Below are positions 1 to 8,404 of a stretch of 64,000 nt of DNA, one piece after another. The notes beneath the pieces are model-generated. The model worked only from the letters and a program-made list of their open reading frames with translations, searched no databases and was not told where the DNA came from. This DNA is from Desulfobacterales bacterium (GTDB taxonomy: Bacteria > Desulfobacterota > Desulfobacteria > Desulfobacterales > JANQIE01), in the NCBI GenBank assembly GCA_028282295.1, contig JANQIE010000180.1:4854-68853 (forward strand), given 5' to 3'. The position numbers were made by a program, and so were the translations under genes. The number at the start of each line of letters is the position of its first letter. Positions within the stretch are counted from its first letter, which is position 1.

Positions 1-228
1 CGATTGCAGCGCTTGCATGAAGTTTTGAGTTGCCATCGGCCCCAACTCCTGCTCGGCGTTGGCCGTGAACTCGATAACACCGATACGCTTGAATTCTTTA
101 AGAACAAATTTTGGCGGCATCAACACCTGCTTGGTGCCGGAGCACCCCCAGAGCAGGGCAACGGCAATCGCCAGGCAACCATAAAGCCGCCAACGCGATT
201 TTTGCGAAGTTTTACGTGTCGTGATCAT
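1..228 (-). CDS. lipoprotein, N-terminal part (gene runs off the left edge)
   Basis: ATG at 228 preceded by AAGGAGG. Translation MITTRKTSQKSRWRLYGCLAIAVALLWGCSG... gives a signal peptide plus lipobox-like LLWGC. Frame is open to position 1. Absent from the ORF track, presumably because it has no in-window stop. Confidence 0.6.
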   Translation of the reverse strand, partial: MITTRKTSQKSRWRLYGCLAIAVALLWGCSGTKQVLMPPKFVLKEFKRIGVIEFTANAEQELGPMATQNFMQALQS

Positions 229-288
229 GTTTTTGAACCTCCTTGGGGATACGGATTAAGTGTCTGTCTGGTTTTAGGGGCACAGACT

Positions 289-469
289 TAGGGCTCGCGC
301 AAAAAAAAATCACATTTTATGCATCCCGGCTTCAGGTCATTCTGGCTCGATCTTCAGTCCCAAAATCCTCGCCATAGCTCGCTATGGCTGCGGTTTTGGC
401 CCCTCAGATCAAACCAACCCGACCTGAAGCCGGGCGCCTAAGATGTGAAATTATTTTTGCGAGAGCCCT
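289..469. repeat. composite palindromic element: two halves of the AGGGCTCGCGC...GCGCGAGCCCT hairpin family flanking an inner palindrome
   Basis: Outer arms AGGGCTCGCGCAAAAAAAAATCACATTTTA (289-) and TAAGATGTGAAATTATTTTTGCGAGAGCCCT (-469). Inner arms CCCGGCTTCAGGTC / GACCTGAAGCCGGG. The centre AAAATCCTCGCCATAGCTCGCTATGGCTGCGGTTTT resembles the core of the GTGCCCATCCGG MITE. Confidence 0.7.
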
Positions 470-724
470 TAGGGCCGCGGAAAAAACAATCTTAGCAATG
501 ACCATGCCAATTGCCCGGACGGACGGGTCGTTTAATTTTCAGACGGTTGCACTGTTGCAACCAGAGCCCGGTGTGCCGCTGTATGCGAAATGGCAACAAT
601 TTGCGTCAAAGTGTTGCCGTTTCCACCGAAATTGGCGGCCTTAGGGCCGCGGAAAAATCAACGCGGAAAGGGCGGATTCACTGAATCCACCCTTTTCCAA
701 CGCTTAAAAAACGATGACCGGCGT

Positions 725-1522
725 TTACGTCAGCGGTTGAATGTGCCCCGCAATTCGTTTGTGAACACCCGGCGCCAACGCCAGCAGGGGCTCTTCGATG
801 CGATTACCGTCCAGGTAGGCGTTCAGGGAAAACGGCTCACCGTCCAGGCGGCGCAACTGGCCGCCGGCCGCCTCCAAAAATATCCAGGCGGCGATCAGGT
901 CCTGGTAGGTTTCCTTGGCCACGAGGGCGGCATCGGCCCGTCCCATGGCAACGTAACAAATATGGGCCACGGTGCAGCCGAAATTGCGTACCTTACCGGG
1001 AAAAGTGGATTTGTAGTATTGGTGATAGCGACTGTAAGTCAGCAGCAACCCTTCGTCGTCAATGCCGTGCCGGTTGGCTGTCTGCAGGGGCGATTCACCG
1101 CGGTAGGCTTGCTCTCCGGCCTTGGCGTGAAATAGATCGCCGGTGGCGGGCATGTAAATCACCCCCAGCACCGGCCAAAAGTTTTCCAAAAGGGCCAGGG
1201 ACAATCCCCAGATCGGTATACCGGCCTGCAAGTTGGCGGCGCCGTCCAAGGGATCGAAGATCCATAAAAACCGCTTGTCGTCATGGGTGTACTCATCACC
1301 ATCAAAATTGTTACGATAGTAAAGGTGATTGGGAAAGTGTGCTTTCAATTGGTCTTCGAATGAGTCGGCCAACATCAGTTCGGCCTCGGTAACCAGCGAA
1401 GTGTCGAATTTAACCTGCGGTTTGCCTTTGCCGTAAAAGCCAAGCGCTTGTTTGCCGGCGTTGCGAATGGCATCCAACGCAAACTGTGTCAACTCGCCCA
1501 CGGCGTGCCTGGAGTTGCTCAA
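725..1522 (-). CDS. inositol monophosphatase family protein (SuhB/CysQ-like)
   Basis: WIFDPLDGAANL and WGLSLALL motifs of the IMPase fold. The 354-aa track ORF is trimmed to TTG 1522, which follows AAGGAGGG by about 5 nt, giving 265 aa. Confidence 0.8.
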   Translation of the reverse strand: MSNSRHAVGELTQFALDAIRNAGKQALGFYGKGKPQVKFDTSLVTEAELMLADSFEDQLKAHFPNHLYYRNNFDGDEYTHDDKRFLWIFDPLDGAANLQAGIPIWGLSLALLENFWPVLGVIYMPATGDLFHAKAGEQAYRGESPLQTANRHGIDDEGLLLTYSRYHQYYKSTFPGKVRNFGCTVAHICYVAMGRADAALVAKETYQDLIAAWIFLEAAGGQLRRLDGEPFSLNAYLDGNRIEEPLLALAPGVHKRIAGHIQPLT

Positions 1523-1756
1523 TGATCCCTCCTTTGCTTGAACCTGGCGATGATAATCGAAACAATTTCTATTCAAACTACCAAATGCCGTGGTCAACGC
1601 AAGTAAAAAAGCATCGCGCTCAACCCTGGTTGCCGACCAGGGTCGGATGCTTATACTGTCATAAGCTTTAAATTGACATGCACAATCTGTCGCCAGTTCA
1701 AACCGATGAGAAGCAATGGCGACGCACCAACCATCCCCGCTGTCCGGAGTGAAACC

Positions 1757-3232
1757 ATGTCGACAACCGATTCGGCAATCAAACGGCACCTGTTGCGCTT
1801 TGGCGCGCTCTTAGGGTTTTTGGCCGCCTGGACCGCCGCGCCGGCGTTGGCGGCGCCCCCTGGCGATGCCGGCCAGCTCATTGTTTTCCTGCAACCGGGC
1901 AAACCGCTGAGTGAGCATTTCATTCGTCATCGGCTGCCCGCGCTTCGCAACCTGGCATCAGCCATGGGGCTGAAATTGGACACTGTCACTGCGCATCCCG
2001 GAGCGCCGCCGGACGTTGTCCTCACCCCTTTGATTGCTTACCAGAACCATCGCGGCCGCTCCATCTACCAAGGGCGCACGACTACCTTAAGCCGGTTGAA
2101 GAATTTCATTCGCACGTCACGCTTTGTTCCCCAGGGCTCGGCACCTTATATTCGTAAAAACATTCCGGTCTGGTCGACCGGTCGGGTCAATGTCTGGGCA
2201 CCGCTCAAAATAGCCGCCGTGACCGGCACACCTGCGCCTGATTACCGGCATGATGTCTTCGTCCGGGAAGCGTTGCGGGCGCTTAAAAAGGGATTCCGGC
2301 GGTTTCGCTTTGAGACGCAAATCGACTTGAAGCGCGCGGATCGCGGGTTTTACATGGATTTTTACCCCTGGCTGAGCCCGGACGGCACGCTGTTTTTATC
2401 ACTGGCGCTTTATTCGCAATTTGACTGCAAAACCCCGGTCTTTGAATTGAAAACCAAGCCGTTGCAGGGGCCCTGGCACAAACGACAGCGTTTGTTCCGG
2501 CAGGCTGCCGCCCTGCTCGAAAAACAGGTTGCCCTGGCGATCCAAAATCCAACCGGCGGCGATGGCTTCGAGCCAATATCCCGCCAAACACCGGCACTTA
2601 GCTGGACCGCCATCGGGTTTACCAAACCCGCGCCGCCGCCCCGGACAGCTTCCAGTCTGCCTGCCGTCACGCCGGCCCTTCCGCTACGCTGGCAATTGAC
2701 CACGGCCGGTCCTGATGAACCGCCCCTTATCCAGTTTCGTTTTGTGCCTCCATTGGACCAATATGCCGGTGAGATACCCCATGGCAGAGGTGAGATCACA
2801 TTTACGTCGAACCGGCACACTCACGGCGCGCGGGGATTTGTCGAAATCACGCCGCGTGCCGTTACCATGGGCGATGCCGTTCTGGACGAAGCCATCCAGG
2901 GCAGTCTGTTTCTCAACGCGCGCCGTTTTGCAACCATCCGTTTTACCATCGACAAAATCGAGGATAGCGGCCCGGCGCTTGAATTCGGACAACTTCTGCC
3001 GGCGGCTTTAGAAGGAACGCTGGCGCTGAAAGGCAAACAAAAAAAACTAAGGCCGGCAATCGAGTTTGAACCGATTTTGGATGCCGCCGGTCGCCCCCGC
3101 TTACTGGCGCGCGGCCGCTTTCAACTTGATGTGCGCGAATTTGCCATTGAAGGCGCCGAAGGACCGGCGCCGGCAAGATATCTGATGGTTTTTGACCTGA
3201 ATTTAGTATTCCGGCCGGCAGCGTTAGGGTGA
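1757..3232 (+). CDS. secreted protein of unknown function, C-terminal part YceI-like
   Basis: ATG 1757 follows GGAG. N-terminus has a signal-like LLRFGALLGFLAAWTAAPALAAP. The last ~170 aa (GEITFTSN...ATIRFTIDKIE...GTLALKGKQKKL...) resemble the YceI polyisoprenoid-binding fold; that domain call is tentative. Confidence 0.55.
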   Translation: MSTTDSAIKRHLLRFGALLGFLAAWTAAPALAAPPGDAGQLIVFLQPGKPLSEHFIRHRLPALRNLASAMGLKLDTVTAHPGAPPDVVLTPLIAYQNHRGRSIYQGRTTTLSRLKNFIRTSRFVPQGSAPYIRKNIPVWSTGRVNVWAPLKIAAVTGTPAPDYRHDVFVREALRALKKGFRRFRFETQIDLKRADRGFYMDFYPWLSPDGTLFLSLALYSQFDCKTPVFELKTKPLQGPWHKRQRLFRQAAALLEKQVALAIQNPTGGDGFEPISRQTPALSWTAIGFTKPAPPPRTASSLPAVTPALPLRWQLTTAGPDEPPLIQFRFVPPLDQYAGEIPHGRGEITFTSNRHTHGARGFVEITPRAVTMGDAVLDEAIQGSLFLNARRFATIRFTIDKIEDSGPALEFGQLLPAALEGTLALKGKQKKLRPAIEFEPILDAAGRPRLLARGRFQLDVREFAIEGAEGPAPARYLMVFDLNLVFRPAALG

Positions 3233-3267
3233 ATAACAATTAAAACGCGCCAACGCACCACCCAATA

Positions 3268-3396
3268 ATATTAAACCGGCAACTAAATATGTAAGCCGTC
3301 GTCATGCCGGACTTGATCCGGTATCCAGAATTGACGCTTGATTCCGGCGCTCGCCGGAATCACAATTTTAAAGGTATTTTATTGCCGGGTTAATAT
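3268..3396. mobile_element. 129-bp MITE-like element, family E, copy 1
   Basis: Terminal inverted repeats ATATTAAACCGGCAA / TTGCCGGGTTAATAT. About 95 percent identical by eye alignment to the reverse complement of 48380-48508. Internal hairpins GTCATGCCGGACTTGATCCGG and GATTCCGGCGCTCGCCGGAATC. Confidence 0.75.
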
Positions 3397-3686
3397 GAAC
3401 TACATTACATATTTATAACCTTGCTTGCCTTACCGCTTCCGCGCAACAAAAGCGGCGCCGCCCCCTCCCAAAAACGTTAAGTTACTATAATTTCTACCTT
3501 TTATCCCACTTAAGATCAAATAGAAATGCCGGCAGCGTTCTGGCGCAACTTTTGCTGAATGAACAGATCACAAACCTACCGCGTTATGATTTAACTTCAC
3601 AACCAATGATATAATCCCAGCGGCATTGACAACTGGGTCGTTTTGTTTTTGTTAGTTTTAATTGACCAAGATAACATAGGTAACAA

Positions 3687-3866
3687 ATGAAACTTAAAAG
3701 ACTATTAATCGGCCTTATCGCAAGTGTTTTTCTGCTAACAACTTACACCTTCGCGACAACCGTCGGCCAGGATACCGCCGCACCGGCAAATGAAGCGTTG
3801 TCTATTTTCCTGACAGGTGCAGGATGCATTGCTTTGGCCGGGATTGTGAGGCAAACCATGAAGTAA
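3687..3866 (+). CDS. 59-aa secreted mini-protein with PEP-CTERM-like C-terminal anchor
   Basis: MKLKRLLIGLIASVFLLTTYTFA signal peptide. C-terminal FLTGAGCIALAGIVRQTMK matches the LxGxGxxxLAGxxR(R) pattern of exosortase sorting signals but lacks the PEP triplet. Weak SD. Below the 60-aa track cut-off. Confidence 0.35.
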   Translation: MKLKRLLIGLIASVFLLTTYTFATTVGQDTAAPANEALSIFLTGAGCIALAGIVRQTMK

Positions 3867-4080
3867 AACCGCTTGAAGTTTTCATGCAATCAAGCCGTAT
3901 TAAAAAAAGGCGGATCATGCACCCCTTCCGGTTTTAGAACAGTAGCCACCGGATGCATGTTCCGCTGGTTGATAAAGCATGCATTGCCGCGCCGGACGAC
4001 TCCTAGCCGCAGACGGTGACGGCTCAACCGGCGCCGATGCATCTTTTATCGTCCCATCCTAAAACCGGCCCGTGTTCTTC

Positions 4081-4123
4081 AGGGCTCGTGTAAAAATAAT
4101 TTCACATTTTAGGCGCGAGCCCT
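4081..4123. repeat. 43-bp hairpin, family B (AGGGCTCG-loop-CGAGCCCT)
   Basis: AGGGCTCGTGTAAAAATAATTTCACATTTTAGGCGCGAGCCCT. The same unit is inverted at 32106-32148 and split at 289-469. Confidence 0.7.
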
Positions 4124-4129
4124 TAGCGC

Positions 4130-4165
4130 GTGTCCATCCGGAAATAGTAAATCTTGATCCAGGCC
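4130..4165. repeat. solo left end of MITE family A
   Basis: GTGTCCATCCGGAAATAGTAAATCTTGATCCAGGCC matches the first ~36 nt of the full copies. No matching right end nearby. Confidence 0.65.
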
Positions 4166-4286
4166 AGTGTCGGAAAAACAAAATGTGCTCGTCAATACGT
4201 CGACAGATTGACACAATCATTTTATTGACAGCCCCTATTAAAAACATAACTGTCTGAAATAATTTATAAAAACAAAATAAAAATCT

Positions 4287-4302
4287 TGGCACCCAAGTTG
4301 CA
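4287..4302 (+). promoter_or_regulatory. sigma54 (RpoN) promoter, perfect -24/-12 consensus
   Basis: TGGCAC-CCAAG-TTGCA at 4287-4302. An A/T-rich tract lies immediately upstream. Confidence 0.7.
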
Positions 4303-4312
4303 TTATGAAAAA

Positions 4313-4379
4313 AGCGAGAACCTCCTCATCCTCCTCCTTTCGTTAAAGGGCGACTTGACCCCAGTCGCCCTTTTTTTTT
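4313..4379 (+). ncRNA. candidate sigma54-dependent small RNA (~65 nt) with CU-rich anti-SD tract
   Basis: Start site predicted ~12 nt after the -12 GC. Body is CCTCCTCATCCTCCTCCTTTCG. It ends in an 8-bp GC hairpin plus T9. No credible ORF. Confidence 0.5.
4348..4379 (+). terminator. intrinsic terminator
   Basis: GGGCGACT (4348-4355), loop TGACCCC, AGTCGCCC (4363-4370), then TTTTTTTTT (4371-4379). Confidence 0.8.
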
Positions 4380-4785
4380 ACCTATCTACTGCCCCTGTCT
4401 CAGCCCCATCAATCACCTGCCGGATAGACATTTGCAAAAACGCCGTATTGAAATAAAAGATACGCCAATTTTTCTTTATGCTTGAATTCTTCATTTGCCC
4501 TGATTCTATTCCAATTTCTTCATTCCTATGACCCGTACAAAATAATTATTCCTTGCAAAGCCCGACGTGAAACGATTAAATACATGCATAGCTTATCGAC
4601 ATTGAATTTCTTCAAACGGTTTTGCAAAACTGCACAAACCCTCAGATCTCCATCGCCCAGTTTCCATCTTGGCCGTCCGGCGGTTTGTAGCACCTTTTAT
4701 TTTTTACGCGCTGGTGGTTTGATTCGTTGTGCGCGCACGAATCATGATGTAGCGACAAATCTCGCGCGCCGGGAGAGATTGTGTC

Positions 4786-5865
4786 ATGCCCTCTGAAAAG
4801 GATTTGACGGTTCTGGTCGTCGATGATGAGGAGCCGATCCTCGAACTGGTCAAGGAAACCTTGACTCGATTCGGTTTTGAGGTTTTCACCGCGGCTGATG
4901 CCGAGCAGGGGATTACCCTATTTCGCCGGGAGGATCCGGTCCTGATTCTGACCGACATCAACATGCCTCGCATGACCGGCATCGAGCTGCTGCGGGTGAT
5001 CAAAAAGGAATCTCCCACCACCCAGGTCATCGTTTTTTCAGGCGTCGGCACCACCGATCATGTTATCGAGACCCTGCGTCTGGGCGCCTGCGATTACATG
5101 ATCAAACCGTTTAACCTCGAGCTGCTGGTGCACACGGTCAACCGTTGCCTGGAACGTCACGATTTGATCAAGGAGCGCATGGGGCGCAAGGTCATGCTTG
5201 AGCAAACCGTGCATTCGCGCACCGCCGCGCTGACCCGCACATTGTATGAAACCGTCAAATCACTAGGGCGCCTTACGGAGATGCGCGATCCCTACACCGC
5301 CGGTCATCAGCAACGGGTGGCCTTGCTGGCTGTAGGCGTTGGCAAACATCTGGGGTTGACCCGGCGTGAACTGCAGGTGCTGCATATTGCCGGCCTGTTG
5401 CATGATATCGGCAAAGCGGCTGTACCGGTGGAATTGCTGGTCAAACCGACCGAACTGACCCCCCCTGAATTCCAACTCATGCGCTGCCATCCCAAAGCCG
5501 GTTACGACATCCTGAAGGATATCCCTTTTGCCGAATCATTGGGTCGCGATGTCGCCTCCATCGTGCAACAGCATCATGAACGGCTGGACGGCAGCGGCTA
5601 CCCGAACAAACTCACCGAGGTGCATCTTCTACTGGAAGCCAAAATCCTCAGTGTGGCCGATGCGTTTGAAGCCATGTCTTCCCATCGTCCCTACCGGCCG
5701 GCTTTGGGGATCGATTTTGCACGCACGGAAATCGCCCAACAAAGCGGCCAGGCCTATATGCCCGAGTGTGTTGATGCATGCTTGTATCTTATGGAGCAAA
5801 GCGGGTTCAATATGCAGGTGTTGTTTGATATGCTGCAGGAATTTAAATCGGAAATTTATAATTAG
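4786..5865 (+). CDS. response regulator with HD-GYP output domain (c-di-GMP phosphodiesterase type)
   Basis: N-terminal receiver (VLVVDDEEPILE...LTDINMP...KP). HD-GYP motifs HDIGK and HHERLDGSGYP. SD GGGAGAG precedes the ATG. Confidence 0.9.
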   Translation: MPSEKDLTVLVVDDEEPILELVKETLTRFGFEVFTAADAEQGITLFRREDPVLILTDINMPRMTGIELLRVIKKESPTTQVIVFSGVGTTDHVIETLRLGACDYMIKPFNLELLVHTVNRCLERHDLIKERMGRKVMLEQTVHSRTAALTRTLYETVKSLGRLTEMRDPYTAGHQQRVALLAVGVGKHLGLTRRELQVLHIAGLLHDIGKAAVPVELLVKPTELTPPEFQLMRCHPKAGYDILKDIPFAESLGRDVASIVQQHHERLDGSGYPNKLTEVHLLLEAKILSVADAFEAMSSHRPYRPALGIDFARTEIAQQSGQAYMPECVDACLYLMEQSGFNMQVLFDMLQEFKSEIYN

Positions 5866-5890
5866 TGCCCATCCGGAAATAGTAGATTTC
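5865..5890. repeat. solo left end of MITE family A
   Basis: GTGCCCATCCGGAAATAGTAGATTTC starts on the last base of the TAG stop of the preceding gene. Confidence 0.6.
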
Positions 5891-5910
5891 CACAAGGGGT
5901 ACCAACCACA

Positions 5911-6813
5911 CTAGATCCCAATCCAGGCCGCACCGTAAACCCCGGCGGAATCGCCCAGTTTATGCTTCAAGATCGGTGTCTGCAGGTCGCGATGAAAGAC
6001 ATAGCGACGCACCTGTTCGAATCCTTCGGCATATAGTTCATCGATATTTGACAGGCCGCCGCCAACCACAATGGCGTCCGGATCCAGAATCGATATCAGA
6101 CCGCCGACACAGCGTCCGAAATTTTCCAGAAATTGATCGAAAACAACGCGGCATTGCCGGTCGCCCCGGCGCGCGCCGTCGACAATCGCCTGCACCGGCT
6201 TGTGGTCGCCGTAAAGCTCTTTGTAGTGGGCGCTGACGCCGGTGCCACTGATCAGCGTCTCCACACAACCGGTATTACCGCAGAAGCATTTGCGGCCGGC
6301 CGCATCAATGGCAAAATGCCCCCACTCGCCGGCGATACCGTGACGGCCCTTGAAAACTTGGCCGTCCAGACACAGCCCCCCGCCACAACCGGTACCCAAT
6401 ATAATACCGAACACTGTCTTGAAGCCCCGCGCGGCGCCGCTCCGGCTCTCCGCCAGGGCAAAGCAGTTGGCGTCATTGTCCATGGCCAGGGGCCGGCCGA
6501 GCAGCTTTTCAAGATCGGCCTTAAACGGATTACCCCTCAGGCTGGTGGTATTGGCGTTGATGACACGTTGCGACGCCGGATCGATGATGCCGGGAATACC
6601 GACACCGATAGTATAGGTCTGCCCGGCCGGAACAGCCTGGGCGGCTTGACGGATATGGTCGTGCACGGCGGTGAGTATGGCCTGGTAGTCGTCTGTTGTT
6701 TGACGGGGCGTGGGTCTGCGTTCACGAAGTAAAACCGTGCCGGCGGGATCAAAAAGAATCGCTTCGATTTTGGTGCCGCCCAAATCGATCCCCAGGCGAA
6801 ATGGTGTATTCAT
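5911..6813 (-). CDS. ROK family sugar kinase (N-acetylglucosamine kinase / glucokinase-like)
   Basis: LGIDLGGTKIE phosphate-1 motif and CFCGNTGCVE zinc motif of the ROK family. Start trimmed to ATG 6813 (MNTPFRLGIDLGG). Confidence 0.85.
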   Translation of the reverse strand: MNTPFRLGIDLGGTKIEAILFDPAGTVLLRERRPTPRQTTDDYQAILTAVHDHIRQAAQAVPAGQTYTIGVGIPGIIDPASQRVINANTTSLRGNPFKADLEKLLGRPLAMDNDANCFALAESRSGAARGFKTVFGIILGTGCGGGLCLDGQVFKGRHGIAGEWGHFAIDAAGRKCFCGNTGCVETLISGTGVSAHYKELYGDHKPVQAIVDGARRGDRQCRVVFDQFLENFGRCVGGLISILDPDAIVVGGGLSNIDELYAEGFEQVRRYVFHRDLQTPILKHKLGDSAGVYGAAWIGI

Positions 6814-6829
6814 AGTGTTCAAACATGGT

Positions 6830-7291
6830 TCAGATTTTACCATCCGGGTCATTGCCTTCCCCGAACATCTGCATAAACGACTTGAACGGCGCAATCTGTT
6901 CAAATGATTTTTGCGACAGATCGGATAAATCCATGCCCAATTCTAGCCACTTTTTGAACTGGTCATCTAAGGTTGCGCGATATTGCAGATAGTTTTTAAT
7001 CGTTTGCTGAAGGTACTTTTCAAAAAACTCGCCAAGAATATTATCCCCATATTGGATCAGCAGATGTAAAACAGGCACCGGGAGCAAGGCATTGTTCTTG
7101 CGGGCTTCTTCCAGAATAATCTGCGTGAGAATAAAGGCCGTGACGTCTTCGTTGGATTTGGCATCCACCACGGAGACCTGCTTACCGGCCTTGATCATTT
7201 CCGCCACCTGGTTCAAGGTTACATATTTGCTCTGACCGGTGTCGTACAAGCGCCGGTTGGCATATTTTTTCAGAATTACACTTTCCGCCAT
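6830..7291 (-). CDS. phaR: polyhydroxyalkanoate synthesis repressor PhaR
   Basis: ILKKYANRRLYDTGQSKYVTLNQVAEMIKAG... matches the PHB/PHA accumulation-regulator DNA-binding domain. It sits divergently from the phasin genes. Confidence 0.85.
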   Translation of the reverse strand: MAESVILKKYANRRLYDTGQSKYVTLNQVAEMIKAGKQVSVVDAKSNEDVTAFILTQIILEEARKNNALLPVPVLHLLIQYGDNILGEFFEKYLQQTIKNYLQYRATLDDQFKKWLELGMDLSDLSQKSFEQIAPFKSFMQMFGEGNDPDGKI

Positions 7292-7483
7292 TCATTCCTC
7301 CGATGCCCCACTGCCGAGCCATGTCATCTTGCAACAAAAATCCCGTCAAATCGAGGTCCGGTTTTACAAATTTCCGATACTATATTTAATTTTTATAGCC
7401 ATTTTAAATAGTTAAAAAATTATTTTATTTTTGGCGTATTTTTTTTAGAAAAAAATTTTATTGTGCACTGCAATATTTTTCGC

Positions 7484-7511
7484 TTGACTATTCGAATTGA
7501 TGGTATATTTT
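7484..7511 (+). promoter_or_regulatory. candidate sigma70 promoter for the first phasin gene
   Basis: TTGACT (7484-7489), 16 nt, TATTTT (7506-7511). A TGCACTGCA palindrome-like site at 7464-7472 just upstream is a possible PhaR operator. Confidence 0.4.
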
Positions 7512-7576
7512 GACGTTAATCAACACTTCATGGGGCCACATCCAAACAAAAATCATAAAACGGAGGTATTCTTATC

Positions 7577-7867
7577 ATGGAACCGAGCAAGATTGCAAAA
7601 CAAATGGTCGATCTACAAAAAACCGCTTTTGAAAACGCCTACAACGCCGTTGTTCTCCTGCAGGACCAAGCCGAACGCGTCACCAACACCATGTTGGAAC
7701 AAAGTATGACACTGCCCGAGCAAGGCCAAAAAGCATTGGCCGAATGGACCAAAAGCTACAAGAAAAGCCGCGAAGAATTTAAGAAAGCCGTTGAAGAGGG
7801 CTACAAGAATCTTGATTCGACGTTTGCCGAAACCAAAAAAAGTGCCAAGCCTAAAGCCGCCAAGTAG
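7577..7867 (+). CDS. phasin-like PHA granule-associated protein, paralog 1
   Basis: 96-aa helical protein. GGAGGT SD. Shares the QMVDxxKxxFENxYNAVVLLQDQAER...W..YKK.RE.FK pattern with the next two ORFs. Context is phaR/phaC. Confidence 0.7.
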   Translation: MEPSKIAKQMVDLQKTAFENAYNAVVLLQDQAERVTNTMLEQSMTLPEQGQKALAEWTKSYKKSREEFKKAVEEGYKNLDSTFAETKKSAKPKAAK

Positions 7868-7924
7868 CGTTGGAGCCGACCCATTGCAAAGGGAGCAAGG
7901 GGAGGAACAGGGAAGGAAAACCAA

Positions 7925-8188
7925 ATGGACCAAAAACAGCTTTTGAAACAGATGATCGACTTTAACAAAGCTTCGTTTGACAACACGTTCAGCGCCCTGG
8001 TGGTGCTGCAGGAGCAAACTGAACGCGTTGCCAAAACCGTAATATCCCAAGCCACCTGGCTTCCCGAAGACGGGCAAAAAGCGATCACCGATTGGGTCGA
8101 AGCATACAAGAACGGACGCGAACAATTCAAAGCGACTATTGATGAAAGTTTCGCACGCGTGGAGGCGTTCTTCAAAACCGATGCCTAA
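7925..8188 (+). CDS. phasin-like protein, paralog 2
   Basis: MDQKQLLKQMIDFNKASFDNTFSALVVLQEQTERV... is paralogous to 7577-7867 and 8405-8665. Confidence 0.7.
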   Translation: MDQKQLLKQMIDFNKASFDNTFSALVVLQEQTERVAKTVISQATWLPEDGQKAITDWVEAYKNGREQFKATIDESFARVEAFFKTDA

Positions 8189-8404
8189 ACCACAATAAAC
8201 ATCACATGCGAACAAGCGTCCATCACCCACCGCGGCACGATGGGAGCATCGGTTATTTCTTTTCGTCAGATTTCACTTTGGTGAAACGGCTTATCGGTTT
8301 TTCAATCGTTGGCGGTTTCGCAACGATTTTGAAATATAAGACGCAATTGAAACATTACTATCAAACCGGATTCGCTTAAAAACAATTATCAGGAGGGTAA
8401 CCAA

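Noticed and set aside
725-1789. Long N-terminal extensions offered by the ORF track (IMPase 354 aa, ROK kinase 330 aa, WrbA 237 aa, PhoH2 471 aa, giant gene 1458 aa, bdhA 272 aa, patatin 459 aa, hisE 108 aa)
   Set aside because: In each case an internal start with a proper SD gives the family-typical length. Several of the extensions begin inside repeats or in the upstream gene.
4305-4346. 13-codon ORF MKKARTSSSSSFR inside the sRNA candidate
   Set aside because: The ATG lies upstream of the start site predicted from the sigma54 box and has no SD. The serine run is just the CCTCCT tract read in frame.
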